Below are positions 10,143-19,990 of a DNA stretch of 64,000 nucleotides, in pieces (position 1 is the first letter of the stretch; the number at the start of each line of letters is the position of its first letter). The position numbers were made by a program, and so were the translations under genes. The stretch spans positions 53,165-117,164 of the forward strand of contig CAVUKB010000009.1 in NCBI GenBank assembly GCA_963741955.1, written 5' to 3'. The stretch is from an uncultured Acidobacteriota bacterium. Lineage in GTDB: Bacteria > Acidobacteriota > Thermoanaerobaculia > Gp7-AA8. The notes below the pieces were generated by a model. That model did not search any database. It was not told where the DNA came from and saw only the letters and a list, made by a program, of their open reading frames with translations.

Positions 10143-10415
10143 TCAGTCGCCCGTGTCGCCCGTCTCGCCAGAGCTCTCGACCTCGCCGCCTGCAGCCGTT
10201 CCGCCGCCTTCGATGCGTGTCACGTTCTCGGCGTGAAGACCTTTGGGTCCTTCCTTGAGCTCGTACTCGACCGGATCTCCTTCTTTCAGTGTGCGGTATC
10301 CCGCCTGGTTCACGATCGCGGTGTGATGGACGAACACGTCTTCGCCCGTGTTCCGCTTGATGAAGCCATAGCCTTTCTCATTGTTGAACCATTTCACGAT
10401 GCCAATCTCGCCCAT
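10143..10415 (-). CDS. Cold-shock protein
   Basis: GIVKWFNNEKGYGFI, DVFVHHTAI and GPKGLHAENV motifs. Confidence 0.95.
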   Translation of the reverse strand: MGEIGIVKWFNNEKGYGFIKRNTGEDVFVHHTAIVNQAGYRTLKEGDPVEYELKEGPKGLHAENVTRIEGGGTAAGGEVESSGETGDTGD

Positions 10416-10506
10416 ACTGACTGCTCCCTCGCCTCTGAGGTTGCAAGCTCCTTGCCCCTGAGGCCTGTTTCGACGCGACGTGATGCGGGTGGGCGATTGC
10501 GCATGA

Positions 10507-11391
10507 TCACCAGATCAGCGCCCTGTTCTGACCGATTCTCCTGAAGCCGAGCGATTCGTACAGCGCGATGGCCGCGGCGTTGAAGTCGTTGACGAAGAGC
10601 GTGACGCTCTTTCCCTCCCGAAGGATGTGGCCGCTGATCTCCGACATCCCGAGCCGGGCCAGCCCCCGGCGGCGCCAGGCGGGCGCCGTCCATACACCCA
10701 TGAGCTGGATGGTCGCCGGAGTCACCGCGGAGAGCTCGCACTTGAACACCAGTTGCCGCTCCCGGAACATGATCAGAGAGCGTCGCCTCCAGACCAGCTC
10801 ACGGACCCGCTCGCGGTATCCGAACGCGTCGCGCTCCATCGGGTCGATGCCGACTTCCTCCCGGTGCATCGCGGCGCAGGCCGGCACGAGAATCTCGAGG
10901 TCGCGAAGCTCGGAGAAGCGGAGCTGGTGAAGATCGGGGAGGCTTTCGGGGTCGCGATCGAGCACGTAAACCGGTTGCGAGAGCCGCAACACGGTCGGAG
11001 GGTCGTAGTGCGCCCGGACGAAGTCCCACAGGATCTCGACCAGATCGGCCTCCGAGATGATTGCCCGGAGCGGAAGGTGACGGGTGATGATCTTCTCCCC
11101 GACCACCCGGATCCCGGACGCGAGCAGCTCGGGATCGACCTCACGGTTCGCGGCCATCACCACGTTCGAGCCGAGTGCAGCGACGACCAGAGGGACGCCG
11201 TCGTAGGAGACCTGCAACATGTCGCCGGCCCCGGCGACGCCCTCGTCCAGGACACGTGAGATCAGGTACGCGTTGATCAGAGGGTTCTGCTCGAGGAACG
11301 AAAGGAGGTCCGAGCGATCGGATTCACGCAGACTCCGGATCGACCAGAAGCCGGACGCAGGTAAGGTCACCATCTTCTCTCTCCGGGACAA
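10507..11391 (-). CDS. GNAT family acetyltransferase (DUF4081-GNAT type)
   Basis: GVWTAPAWRRRGLA acetyl-CoA motif and LFVNDFNAAAIALYESLGF. Confidence 0.85.
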   Translation of the reverse strand: MSRREKMVTLPASGFWSIRSLRESDRSDLLSFLEQNPLINAYLISRVLDEGVAGAGDMLQVSYDGVPLVVAALGSNVVMAANREVDPELLASGIRVVGEKIITRHLPLRAIISEADLVEILWDFVRAHYDPPTVLRLSQPVYVLDRDPESLPDLHQLRFSELRDLEILVPACAAMHREEVGIDPMERDAFGYRERVRELVWRRRSLIMFRERQLVFKCELSAVTPATIQLMGVWTAPAWRRRGLARLGMSEISGHILREGKSVTLFVNDFNAAAIALYESLGFRRIGQNRALIW

Positions 11392-11482
11392 TCCGAGTGC
11401 ATACCAGATACCCGCCCCGACTGCAAGAGAGTCGGATCAACGAGGCCCGTTCGTCTTCCTCCTCCCGCCGTCGCGGGCGCCG

Positions 11483-12253
11483 TCACCGATCCAGAAGAGT
11501 GGCCGCGGTTCGATCGACGATCACCTCCACGTCATCGTGACGTTGAAGCGCGGAGCCGGGAAAATCGGATGTGATCTCACCCGACGCGAGACGCGCCACA
11601 GCGGGCGCTTTTCCTTCTCCGGACGCCAGGAGGACGATCCTCCGTGATTCGAGGATCGTTCCGATCCCCATGGTGATCGCTCTCGACGGGACTTCCTCCG
11701 GGCTGCCGAAGAAAGGAGCGTTGGCGGCACGGGTGGAGTCGGTCAGTGTGACTACGCGCGTGCGGGAGTGGTGAGAAGCTCCCGGCTCGTTGAATCCGAT
11801 GTGGCCGTTCCGGCCGAGCCCGAGAAACGTCAACCAGAGCGCTCCGGCGTCGGCGATCGCTCTTTCGTAGCGATGGCACTCGATCTCCAGGACTTGCTCC
11901 ATGGTCAGCTCCGGCTGCATCCGGAGAATCCGGCTTCCCGTTCCGTCCGGGATGTGAATCTTCGAAGGGGTCAGGTCTACATGATCGAACAGATGCTCTT
12001 TCATGTAGGTGCAGTAACTCCCCGGGTGGGACGGTGGAATCCCGACGTACTCGTCCAGATTGAAAGTGCTCGCCCGCTCGAACGCGTGAGACTCCCGTCC
12101 GCAGCGCTCGACGACCCGGCGGTACATTCCGATCGGAGTACTCCCGGTCGGGAGCCCCAGGACGATGTCGGGGCTCTCGGAGAGCGCATCGAGAAGACGT
12201 GCAGCGGCGAGGGACGACAGGCTTTCGTAGTCCGGAACGACGGTCCATCTCAC
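11483..12253 (-). CDS. nagB: Glucosamine-6-phosphate deaminase
   Basis: GTG start overlapping the nagA stop. LGLPTGSTP, FNLDEY, GLGRNGHIGFNEPG and AITMGIGTI motifs. Confidence 0.95.
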   Translation of the reverse strand: MRWTVVPDYESLSSLAAARLLDALSESPDIVLGLPTGSTPIGMYRRVVERCGRESHAFERASTFNLDEYVGIPPSHPGSYCTYMKEHLFDHVDLTPSKIHIPDGTGSRILRMQPELTMEQVLEIECHRYERAIADAGALWLTFLGLGRNGHIGFNEPGASHHSRTRVVTLTDSTRAANAPFFGSPEEVPSRAITMGIGTILESRRIVLLASGEGKAPAVARLASGEITSDFPGSALQRHDDVEVIVDRTAATLLDR

Positions 12254-13380
12254 GGTTCGGTTTCCACTCCTTTCAGGAACACGCGCCGGATCTCGAGATC
12301 CGCACCGGTGACCAGAAGATCCGCGTCGAGACCGGGCGCGAGCCGCCCTTTGCGCGCGGAGATTCCGAGTACCCGCGCGGGAACGGTCGAAGCGGCACGG
12401 ATCGCCATTTCCGGAGTGACGCCTGCGAGCGAGACCATGTTGCGTACCGCTTCGCCCATGGTCAGTACGCTTCCGGCGAGCGTTCCGTCGGCCAGGCGTG
12501 CCCCCCCGTCGCGCACCGTGACTTCGTGCTGGTAGAGCTGGTACCTGCCGTCCGGCATCCCGCACGCCCGCATCGCGTCCGTTACGAGAACCGCCCGCTC
12601 ACCGAGAGCGTTCATGGCTGCTCTGAGTACGGCGGGATGGACGTGTTTACCATCGGCGATCAGTTCTGCCGTCGCATGTTCGGATGCGAGTGCTGCTCCG
12701 ACAGGCCCCGGTTCTCGATGGTGGAGCGGCGGCATGGCGTTGAACAGATGGGTGAAGTGCCGGGCTCCGTCCTCGAGAGCCTCGACCGCGATCTCCCACG
12801 TCGCAGCGGTATGGCCGATCGAGAAGAGAACCCGTTCACGAAAACGCCGGATGAGCTCCGGCACTCCGGCGATCTCGGGCGCAACCGTCATCAGGACGGG
12901 AAGCTCTCCGGCGGTATCGAGCCACTCCTTCATCTCCTCCGGATCGGCGGCGCGGAGAGAGTCCCGATCCTGCGCGCCCGCTTTTGCTTCGTTCACGTAC
13001 GGGCCTTCGAAATGGATCGCGACGATCTCCGCCCCTTCGGACACGCGATCGCTGCTCTGACGGATCGTCTCGACGGCGTTGCGGACGTGCTCGCGGGAGC
13101 CGGAGAGCGTCGTTGCGGCGAGTGCCGTCGTCCCGCGGCCGGCGTGGAAGCGGAGGATCTCGCGATTCGTTCCCGGTTCGGCATCCATGAAATCCGCGCC
13201 GGCGCCGCCGTGGACGTGCAGATCGATCAGGCCGGGAAGAATCCAGCCGTCGCCCGTATCGAGATCGGCCGTTCCGCCGGCGGAGATCGACGCGATCTTC
13301 CCCTCGTCGACGGTGATGACGACGCCGTCGTGGAACCCGTCATCGAGCAGCGCGCGGCCGCGGATGCTGAATCGTTTCAC
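12250..13380 (-). CDS. nagA: N-acetylglucosamine-6-phosphate deacetylase
   Basis: PGLIDLHVHG, HFEGP, THLFNAM, DGKHVHP and LAGS motifs. Confidence 0.95.
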   Translation of the reverse strand: MKRFSIRGRALLDDGFHDGVVITVDEGKIASISAGGTADLDTGDGWILPGLIDLHVHGGAGADFMDAEPGTNREILRFHAGRGTTALAATTLSGSREHVRNAVETIRQSSDRVSEGAEIVAIHFEGPYVNEAKAGAQDRDSLRAADPEEMKEWLDTAGELPVLMTVAPEIAGVPELIRRFRERVLFSIGHTAATWEIAVEALEDGARHFTHLFNAMPPLHHREPGPVGAALASEHATAELIADGKHVHPAVLRAAMNALGERAVLVTDAMRACGMPDGRYQLYQHEVTVRDGGARLADGTLAGSVLTMGEAVRNMVSLAGVTPEMAIRAASTVPARVLGISARKGRLAPGLDADLLVTGADLEIRRVFLKGVETEP

Positions 13381-13599
13381 AGGCTAACCTCTACTCGCAC
13401 GCCCGGCTCTTCGACCGGAATGTCGCTCGTTTCGTCCCTTCCCGTCCATGATTCTGTCAGTGACTCATCGGGGATTTGTCGGGGGACTCGTCGGGCGAAC
13501 TGTACGCCGAAACGCACCCGTCCGCTCGCTTTTGGAGGCTCTTTCGAGCGAGGGGAATTCCTCATCGATGCCGCGACGAGCCTGGCCGGTCGGTCCCGC

Positions 13600-14472
13600 T
13601 CAATCCTCGAGGACTTCCCGGAGCCTCCCTCCATGCTTTTCGAGGAGCTCTTCCGCGTCGCGATCGGACACGCCGAGGCGGGCGATGACGATGGCCCGGC
13701 GCACGTTCCCGGCGCTCGCTTCGAGTGCTTTCGCCGCGAGGTCCGGAGTGAGGTTCGCGGCCAGCTCCACCATTTTCGATGCCCGGCGGCGGAGCTTTGC
13801 GTTGGTCGCGGGCATGTCCACCATCAGGTTCGAGTAGACGTGGCCGAGACGGACCATCACTGCCGTCGAGATGGTATTGAGAACCAACTTCTGCGCGGTC
13901 CCGCTCTTCATCCGGCTCGAGCCCATGATCACCTCGGGGCCGGTCTCGATCACGATCGGGATATCGCACTCGCGCACCAGCGGAGTATTCGGTGTGGAGG
14001 TGATCCCGACGGTCAGAGCGCCGTTCATGTTCGCCCGGCGGATCGCGGCGACCGTGAACGGAGTGGTTCCGGACGCCGCGACGCCGATCACCGAGTCGGA
14101 TGCGTCCACTTTCTTCGTCACTTCTGCGATCGCTGCAGCTTCGTCGTCCTCGGCTCCCTCCACTGCCCGGAAGAACGCGTCTCGTCCTCCGGCCATGATC
14201 ACCTGAACGAGGTCGGCGGAGATCCCATAGGTGGGAGGGATCTCGGCGGCGTCCAACATCGCGATCCTGCCGCTGGTGCCCGCGCCGGCGTAGAACAGCT
14301 TCCCCCCCGACTTCATCCGCTCCGCGATCTCGTCGATCGCTCGAGCGATCCTGCGCCTCTCTGACGCGACTGCAGCCGGCACGCGCGCGTCTTCAGCCTG
14401 GATCAGGTCGACGATCTCCGGGGTCGGGAGACGGTCGATATCGAGAGATGTCTCCAGGCGATTGTTGCTCAT
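13600..14472 (-). CDS. murQ: N-acetylmuramic acid 6-phosphate etherase
   Basis: YAGAGTSGRIAMLDAAEIPPTYG, GPEVIMGSSRMKSGTAQKLVLN and NLMVD motifs. Confidence 0.95.
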   Translation of the reverse strand: MSNNRLETSLDIDRLPTPEIVDLIQAEDARVPAAVASERRRIARAIDEIAERMKSGGKLFYAGAGTSGRIAMLDAAEIPPTYGISADLVQVIMAGGRDAFFRAVEGAEDDEAAAIAEVTKKVDASDSVIGVAASGTTPFTVAAIRRANMNGALTVGITSTPNTPLVRECDIPIVIETGPEVIMGSSRMKSGTAQKLVLNTISTAVMVRLGHVYSNLMVDMPATNAKLRRRASKMVELAANLTPDLAAKALEASAGNVRRAIVIARLGVSDRDAEELLEKHGGRLREVLED

Positions 14473-14579
14473 CAGCTCCTTTCCTCCGGGGAGGCATTCT
14501 ATCGGTGATCCGGTGCGGGCCGAAGGAAGCCCTCACCGCAGATCCGGTCGATCGGTGACCATCTGCCGCAAAGGCGGGA

Positions 14580-15683
14580 TCAGAACGGCGACCAGCGGCG
14601 CCACCACGCCTGGGGCTCGACGGCCGCTGCCGCGACGGCGGGAATCTTCGCCACCGGCTGACCGTGGAGCCGGACGAATGCCCATCCGACCTGCTGACCC
14701 TTCTTGATCGGGGCCGTCGCTGATGTTCCGGCTACTTCGACCGACACTTCCTTTTCGCCTCTTTTCACGAGCACCCGCACCGTCTTTCCGGCGACCACCG
14801 GCACGTTCGCCTGTTTCCCTTTCGCGATCGGGACGCTCTTCGCCAGGTCCTGCCCCTTCTTCACGGGTTCGATCATCGCGTACCGCGCGAAGCCGAGGCT
14901 GAGCAGCTCGGCGGCGCTGGCGAAGTTGTCCCGTTTCCTCTTCGAGCCCATCACGACCACGACCAGGTCCATGTTGCCGCGCTGGGCGGAACCGGTGACG
15001 CAGAATCCCGCCTTTGCGTGGTATCCGGTCTTGATTCCGTTCGCCCCGGGATACATGGAGAGGAGATGATTCGGGTTCGTCATGCCGAACTTCCCGTCGC
15101 GGAACGGCATCTGCTGGACGGCTGCGAATTTTCGCAATTCAGGATGCTTCATCACCTCGATCCCGGTGATCGCGAGATCGTACGGCGACATCACGTCGTC
15201 CGGACCTCCTCGCTCCGGGAGGCCGTGGGGTGAGTAGAAGTGGCTGTCTTTCAGTCCGAGCTGCTTCGCCTTCTCGTTCATCAGGACCACGAACGCCTGC
15301 TCGGTTCCGGCGACCCTCTCCGCGAGGGCCTCGGCGGCGTCGTTGGCCGAGTGGATCATCGTCGCTGCGACGAGATCACGAACCGGGAAGACTTCGCCCT
15401 GTTTGAGGTAGACCTGGGAGCCGCCCATCTTGCTCGCATGCGCCGAGACGGTGACTGGCGTATCCCACGTGATCAGACCGTTGTTGATCGCATCCATGAC
15501 CACGAGGAGAGTGACCATCTTGGTCATGGAAGCGGACGGGAGTGCCTCGTGCGGATTCTTCTGATAAAGGATCGTCCGGGTGGAGGGTTCCATCAGGATC
15601 GCAGCGTCGTAGAGGTTTTCCTGCTGCGCCATCGCGGTGGTCGCGATGAGAATCAGAACGATGGCGATCGACAAACGTTTCAT
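14580..15683 (-). CDS. D-alanyl-D-alanine carboxypeptidase (PBP5/DacA family)
   Basis: Signal peptide MKRLSIAIVLIL. ASMTK (SxxK), SANDA (SxN) and KTG motifs. Confidence 0.93.
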   Translation of the reverse strand: MKRLSIAIVLILIATTAMAQQENLYDAAILMEPSTRTILYQKNPHEALPSASMTKMVTLLVVMDAINNGLITWDTPVTVSAHASKMGGSQVYLKQGEVFPVRDLVAATMIHSANDAAEALAERVAGTEQAFVVLMNEKAKQLGLKDSHFYSPHGLPERGGPDDVMSPYDLAITGIEVMKHPELRKFAAVQQMPFRDGKFGMTNPNHLLSMYPGANGIKTGYHAKAGFCVTGSAQRGNMDLVVVVMGSKRKRDNFASAAELLSLGFARYAMIEPVKKGQDLAKSVPIAKGKQANVPVVAGKTVRVLVKRGEKEVSVEVAGTSATAPIKKGQQVGWAFVRLHGQPVAKIPAVAAAAVEPQAWWRRWSPF

Positions 15684-15804
15684 TGCACACTCCTTGCGTC
15701 GCTCCGGCTGCACGCGTCATACCATTGGGCTCGCCCGCGGATGCGTTCGTTTCTCTATCACGAATCGGGCCCGCTTCGAGTTCTTCGCGGTGTGCAGGTA
15801 GCCC

Positions 15805-16021
15805 CAATGGCCCGACCTTAAGCAAGATCCGCGTGTCAGCCGGGAGTCGGCGCGAGCTTGCTGGGCAGCGAAGGATCCCCTCTCCGCGGGGCGCCACGGC
15901 TCCCGCCGTGGCCGCGCAGATCGCCTTCAGAACGGAACGAGACGATACCTGCGGCAGATGCGCAGTAACTCCGCGCATCTGCTCTGTCAAACCCACAGCG
16001 CCCCCTAAGTTCGGCCCATTG
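15805..16021. mobile_element. 217-bp MITE with IS4-family terminal inverted repeats
   Basis: Left end CAATGGCCCGACCTTAAG (15805-15822); right end reverse complement CAATGGGCCGAACTTAGG (16004-16021). Flanking near-perfect 10-bp direct repeat CAGGTAGCCC / CACGTAGCCC. Ends match the IS4 end at 61992-62009. Confidence 0.85.
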
Positions 16022-16028
16022 CACGTAG

Positions 16029-16088
16029 CCCGCATTTCTCACACCATCTTTGCCTCCTCGCGAGGAGACGGTGTGAGAGAAATGCGGG
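16029..16088. repeat. Long imperfect palindrome / hairpin
   Basis: CCCGCATTTCTCACACC ... GGTGTGAGAGAAATGCGGG inverted repeat right of the MITE. Confidence 0.6.
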
Positions 16089-16126
16089 TTGGGTAGAGAT
16101 GGGGAGGGTGGAGCGCGAAGGCCAGC

Positions 16127-16435
16127 TCAATCGTTCGATTTTCCGGAGGTGCTCTTCTTCTTCCGGGAACGATTGCGGTTTCGAGTTCGAGGAATCGAGC
16201 TGATCACGGTCCAGTCGTTCTTGTTGATCACCACCGGTTCCTTGGCGGGCCACAGTTCGACCGGCACGTAGTAGTAACCGTCGCCGAGAATGCGTGCCTT
16301 CACGGTCAGATCGCGCATGCTCTTGCAGAGGCCCGGTTTGCCACGGACGGCCCTCCGTTCTACGACCGTCCCCGTCTTTTCACCGACACCCTGAAACACC
16401 GAAATCTCGCAGCAAAGTGAATTGACCAGACTCAT
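16127..16435 (-). CDS. Hypothetical protein with basic C-terminus
   Basis: GGGAG RBS before MSLVNSLCCEI; plausible composition; no recognised motif. Confidence 0.55.
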   Translation of the reverse strand: MSLVNSLCCEISVFQGVGEKTGTVVERRAVRGKPGLCKSMRDLTVKARILGDGYYYVPVELWPAKEPVVINKNDWTVISSIPRTRNRNRSRKKKSTSGKSND

Positions 16436-16573
16436 CGTGAACTCCCTGGCAGACAAGGGAGTGCAAGAACTGCTCCGATCGGTGTCAGGTCACGCGGGGT
16501 CAGGCCTGCCGAGTCCGGTGGAAGGCGAAGAATCGCAGGCTCTCAGGCTCGGGGAAATCTCGTGGCAAACGAA

Positions 16574-17005
16574 TCAGCTGACCGCGACCAGCCGGTGGCC
16601 GAAGTCCTGGTACGAGACCTCGGGCTCTTCCTCGGGTGAGAGGTCGAAATGGACCTTCAGGTAGAACTCGACGTCCTGCTTCTCGAGGAAATAGAGGATC
16701 CGCCCTTCACGCGAGAGGATGGCGCTGAGGTATGCGCTTCCGTCCCGCTGAATGAAGAGGACGTCGCCGCGGAACAGAAGAGGAAGCTTTGACAGGAACT
16801 CGAGAAAGCGGCGTGAGCTGCCGGAACGGTCGAAGACGACCCGCTCGATATCCTTACCGAGCTCGTTGATTCCCGCTTCCAGCGCTTCGGGGAGGATTCT
16901 GATGTTGTCCACCGGAATGATGTGCTGGCTGAGGGCCAGGCGAATCCAGTCACGGCTGGGGTTCTTTCCTGCGTGAACCAGAGTGATGCGACCATGTTCC
17001 GACAT
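16574..17005 (-). CDS. Hypothetical alpha/beta protein
   Basis: GGAGGA RBS and protein-like composition (MSEHGRITLVH...IERVVFDRS...GDVLFIQRDG). Confidence 0.7.
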   Translation of the reverse strand: MSEHGRITLVHAGKNPSRDWIRLALSQHIIPVDNIRILPEALEAGINELGKDIERVVFDRSGSSRRFLEFLSKLPLLFRGDVLFIQRDGSAYLSAILSREGRILYFLEKQDVEFYLKVHFDLSPEEEPEVSYQDFGHRLVAVS

Positions 17006-17501
17006 TTCACGATCCTCCGTGGCGTGAGTCCAGCGGGGCGGGAAAAAAATACACGGGATCCGCGCGCGGCTGCGCAGATTCCCGGGGTCGTGTTTCGCGC
17101 GTCACCGAACGGCCTTTTCCCGGCGCCAGAGAGCCGGTTTCGCTCGTGTTCTCCCCCGGCGGATTGAGGGAGATCGTGCCCATTCACCGTGACGACTGGC
17201 CGATCACGAAAAGTGCGCCGCTCCACTTCGGTGGCGGAGCGTCGGGGGCGGGCGCGGATCATGGTGACGATGCGCTCCGCTTCTGCCGGAGGCATCGTCT
17301 CATTGCGTGCAAACACGATCATCGCGGCAGATCGGAGGATCTGCACCCCCTTCGCAGCGGTTTCGCGGTTCCGCCTCTGCGAGCGTGAGGATGCGCTTCC
17401 TTTCTGCCGAACGTCGGATGGTTGTCGTGTCACGAGGGCGTCAACCCATGGGGTGCGGATCCCGCAGGGCGGGATCCGCCGCGATGATCGGGTCGAAGCC
17501 C

Positions 17502-17900
17502 ATGAAGACGGAACTCGTGGAGACGCGCGACTCTGCGCTGCACCGGGAGGACGTGACCCGCTCGAGCCGGTCGGTCGAGCAGCAGCCCGATGTCACCGAT
17601 CCGGGCGCTCTCCACTCCGACCTGGTGATGATCCCGGCGCCGGGGCATACTCGCGGTCACGTGGTCTGTCTCTACGAAGGAAAGCTCCTCTTCCCCGGAG
17701 ATCACCTCGCCTCGGGTTCCTCGCGCGGGGCGGCGGTACGCATTCAGGAATGCGTGCGGGTAGTCGTGAGAGCGGCAGCCGGAGTCGACGCAGCCTCCGT
17801 CGTTTCCGCTTCGAGTGGGTGCTGCCGGGGGACGGACATCCGTATTGCGCCGGAGGTGATGGAGCGGAGCCCGCGCGATGCGTCCGCTGGCTGCGATCGA
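17502..17900 (+). pseudogene. Degraded metallo-beta-lactamase-fold hydrolase fragment
   Basis: DLVMIPAPGHTRGHVVCLYEGKLLFPGDHLA, then frameshifted AFRNACG(stop) and FRFEWVLPGDGH. Motifs are split across frames with stops. Confidence 0.7.
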
Positions 17901-18019
17901 ACGGAGACGAAGGTTGTCCGCCGAGTGTTGGCCGTTGTAGATTGCATCGACCCCGGCCGTTCGCGCACGCTCCGGCATTGGACGGCGGCAGATCGAGAAT
18001 CGCCGACCGCAACTTCGAC

Positions 18020-18718
18020 ATGAAGAACTCCAGCGTGGAACCAGCTCCCGTCGCGTCCGGACGCCGATTCTTCTGGATCGTGTTTCTCCTCTTCGTCGCG
18101 GGCCTCGCCGCGTGGTTCTCTCCGCTGCGGCAGTTCGTCGATCCGAAAAGCATCGCGGGGTGGCTCCGGGCCGCCGGCGGAAACTGGTGGACGCCGCTCG
18201 TCTTCATCGTTCTCTATTCGGTTTTCGACATCTTTCTCATTCCGGCGACGATTCTTTCACTCACCGCAGGCGTCGTGTGGGGATGGTTGGAAGGAGGACT
18301 CTGGGTGCTCCTCGCGTCGAGCATCGGCTCGCTCTTCCCGTATCTGATCGGGCGGTCCGGAGCACCGTGGATCACCGCGCGCCTGGAGCGGATCTCGGGA
18401 GGTGTTTACGAGAAACTCCAGCATGAGGGGTTCATCACCCTTCTCCTCCTGCGGCTGGTTCCGATCTTTCCGTACAACGTACTGAACTACGCGGCCGGAC
18501 TCGCAGGAATCCGCCCGCGCGACTACATCCTGGCGACGTTTCTCGGAACCATTCCCGGCATTTTCATCTTCACCTACCTCGCCGACTCGATCGCTGCAGG
18601 TGTGGTCAGCCCGCGCGAAGCGTTCGTCCGCATCCTCCTTGCAGGGGCTCTGCTCGGAGGCGTGGCAATCATCGGCAGGCTGTTCGCGGGGCGGGTGCGC
18701 AGCAGGCTCGAGCAGTGA
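18020..18718 (+). CDS. TVP38/TMEM64 (DedA superfamily) membrane protein
   Basis: Start MKNSS at 18020. Multiple TM segments and LLRLVPIFPYNVLNYAAGL...DYILATFLGTIPG. Confidence 0.9.
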   Translation: MKNSSVEPAPVASGRRFFWIVFLLFVAGLAAWFSPLRQFVDPKSIAGWLRAAGGNWWTPLVFIVLYSVFDIFLIPATILSLTAGVVWGWLEGGLWVLLASSIGSLFPYLIGRSGAPWITARLERISGGVYEKLQHEGFITLLLLRLVPIFPYNVLNYAAGLAGIRPRDYILATFLGTIPGIFIFTYLADSIAAGVVSPREAFVRILLAGALLGGVAIIGRLFAGRVRSRLEQ

Positions 18719-18823
18719 TGAACGATTCGAGAATCCCGCGACGCGCCGATCTGTCATATCCTTGATCTTCGAATCTCTTCCGGCCGCCCGCGGCAGAGGT
18801 GGCCCCGATCGATGGAGGTAACC

Positions 18824-19990
18824 ATGAAGAACCCACTGCTGGATCTCGTCCGAGTCGGACAGAGCGTCTGGTATGACCAGATGCAGCGGTCGCTGATCAC
18901 GTCCGGAAGTCTCCGGAAAATGATCGATGAAGACGGACTGCGCGGACTGACGTCGAATCCGACGATCTTCGACAAGGCCATCGCAGGAAGCAGCGACTAC
19001 GACGAACAGCTTCGAACGCTCGCGCGCGAAGGTCGTGACGCGGATGAGATCTATGAAGCGATCGTCACCCGCGACATCGGCGACGCAGCGGACATTTTCC
19101 GGCCGGTGTACGACCGTACCGGCGGAACGGACGGCTTCGTGAGTCTCGAAGTCCGCCCCGGGAAGGCGAACGACACCCAGGCGACGATCGACGAAGTGGA
19201 GCACTTCTGGAAGAAGCTCTCCCGTCCCAACCTGATGATGAAGATCCCGGCCACCCCGGAGGGTCTGCCGGCGATCGAGGAGTCGATCGCGCGCGGCTAC
19301 AACGTCAACATCACTCTCATCTTCGCCCGCGACGTCTACCGTCAGGTGATCGAAGCGTATCTCCGCGGTCTCGAACGCCGCCTCGCGGCGCGCCAGCCGA
19401 TCGGAAGAGTCGCGTCGGTGGCCAGCTTCTTCGTCAGCCGGATCGATTCGAAAGTCGACAAGCGACTGGAGAAGAAGATCGAGACGGCGAGCGGAAAGCA
19501 AAAAGAGGAACTGTCGGCTCTCCTCGGCCGGATCGCGATCGCGAACGCGAAACTCGCGTACCAGACCTTCAAGGAAGTCTTCGGCAGCGATCGGTTCGCG
19601 CGTCTGCGCGAGCACGGAGCGCGGGTCCAGCGGCCGCTCTGGGCCTCCACGAGCACGAAAAATCCGGCCTACTCCGACGTGATGTACGTCCACGAGCTGA
19701 TCGGACCCGACACGGTGAACACCGTTCCTCCGGCCACCCTCGACGCTTTCCGCGACCACGGCGTGGTGCGGGAGACTCTCGACGACGACGTCGACGGAGC
19801 ACGCCAGGTTCTGGAAGGCCTGGAGGCGGCGGGCATCAGTCTCGACGAGGTCACCACGGAGCTGACCCGCGAGGGGGTCGGGTCTTTCACGGAGTCGTTC
19901 GACTCGCTGATGTCCACCATCGAGGAGCGCCGGGCGCGCTTCGCGGGAGCCGAAGTCGCAGCCGGGAGTACGGGGACGAAAAACCGATGA
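18824..19990 (+). CDS. tal: Transaldolase
   Basis: GQSVWYD, GLTSNPTIF, VSLEV, KIPAT, NITLIF, ASFFVSRID and RPLWAST motifs; GGAGG RBS. Confidence 0.96.
   Translation: MKNPLLDLVRVGQSVWYDQMQRSLITSGSLRKMIDEDGLRGLTSNPTIFDKAIAGSSDYDEQLRTLAREGRDADEIYEAIVTRDIGDAADIFRPVYDRTGGTDGFVSLEVRPGKANDTQATIDEVEHFWKKLSRPNLMMKIPATPEGLPAIEESIARGYNVNITLIFARDVYRQVIEAYLRGLERRLAARQPIGRVASVASFFVSRIDSKVDKRLEKKIETASGKQKEELSALLGRIAIANAKLAYQTFKEVFGSDRFARLREHGARVQRPLWASTSTKNPAYSDVMYVHELIGPDTVNTVPPATLDAFRDHGVVRETLDDDVDGARQVLEGLEAAGISLDEVTTELTREGVGSFTESFDSLMSTIEERRARFAGAEVAAGSTGTKNR

Noticed and set aside
12199-14364. Long antisense ORFs (12199-14364, and similarly 7489-9624, 26532-29117, 31850-34588)
   Set aside because: High-GC shadow frames opposite well-supported genes.
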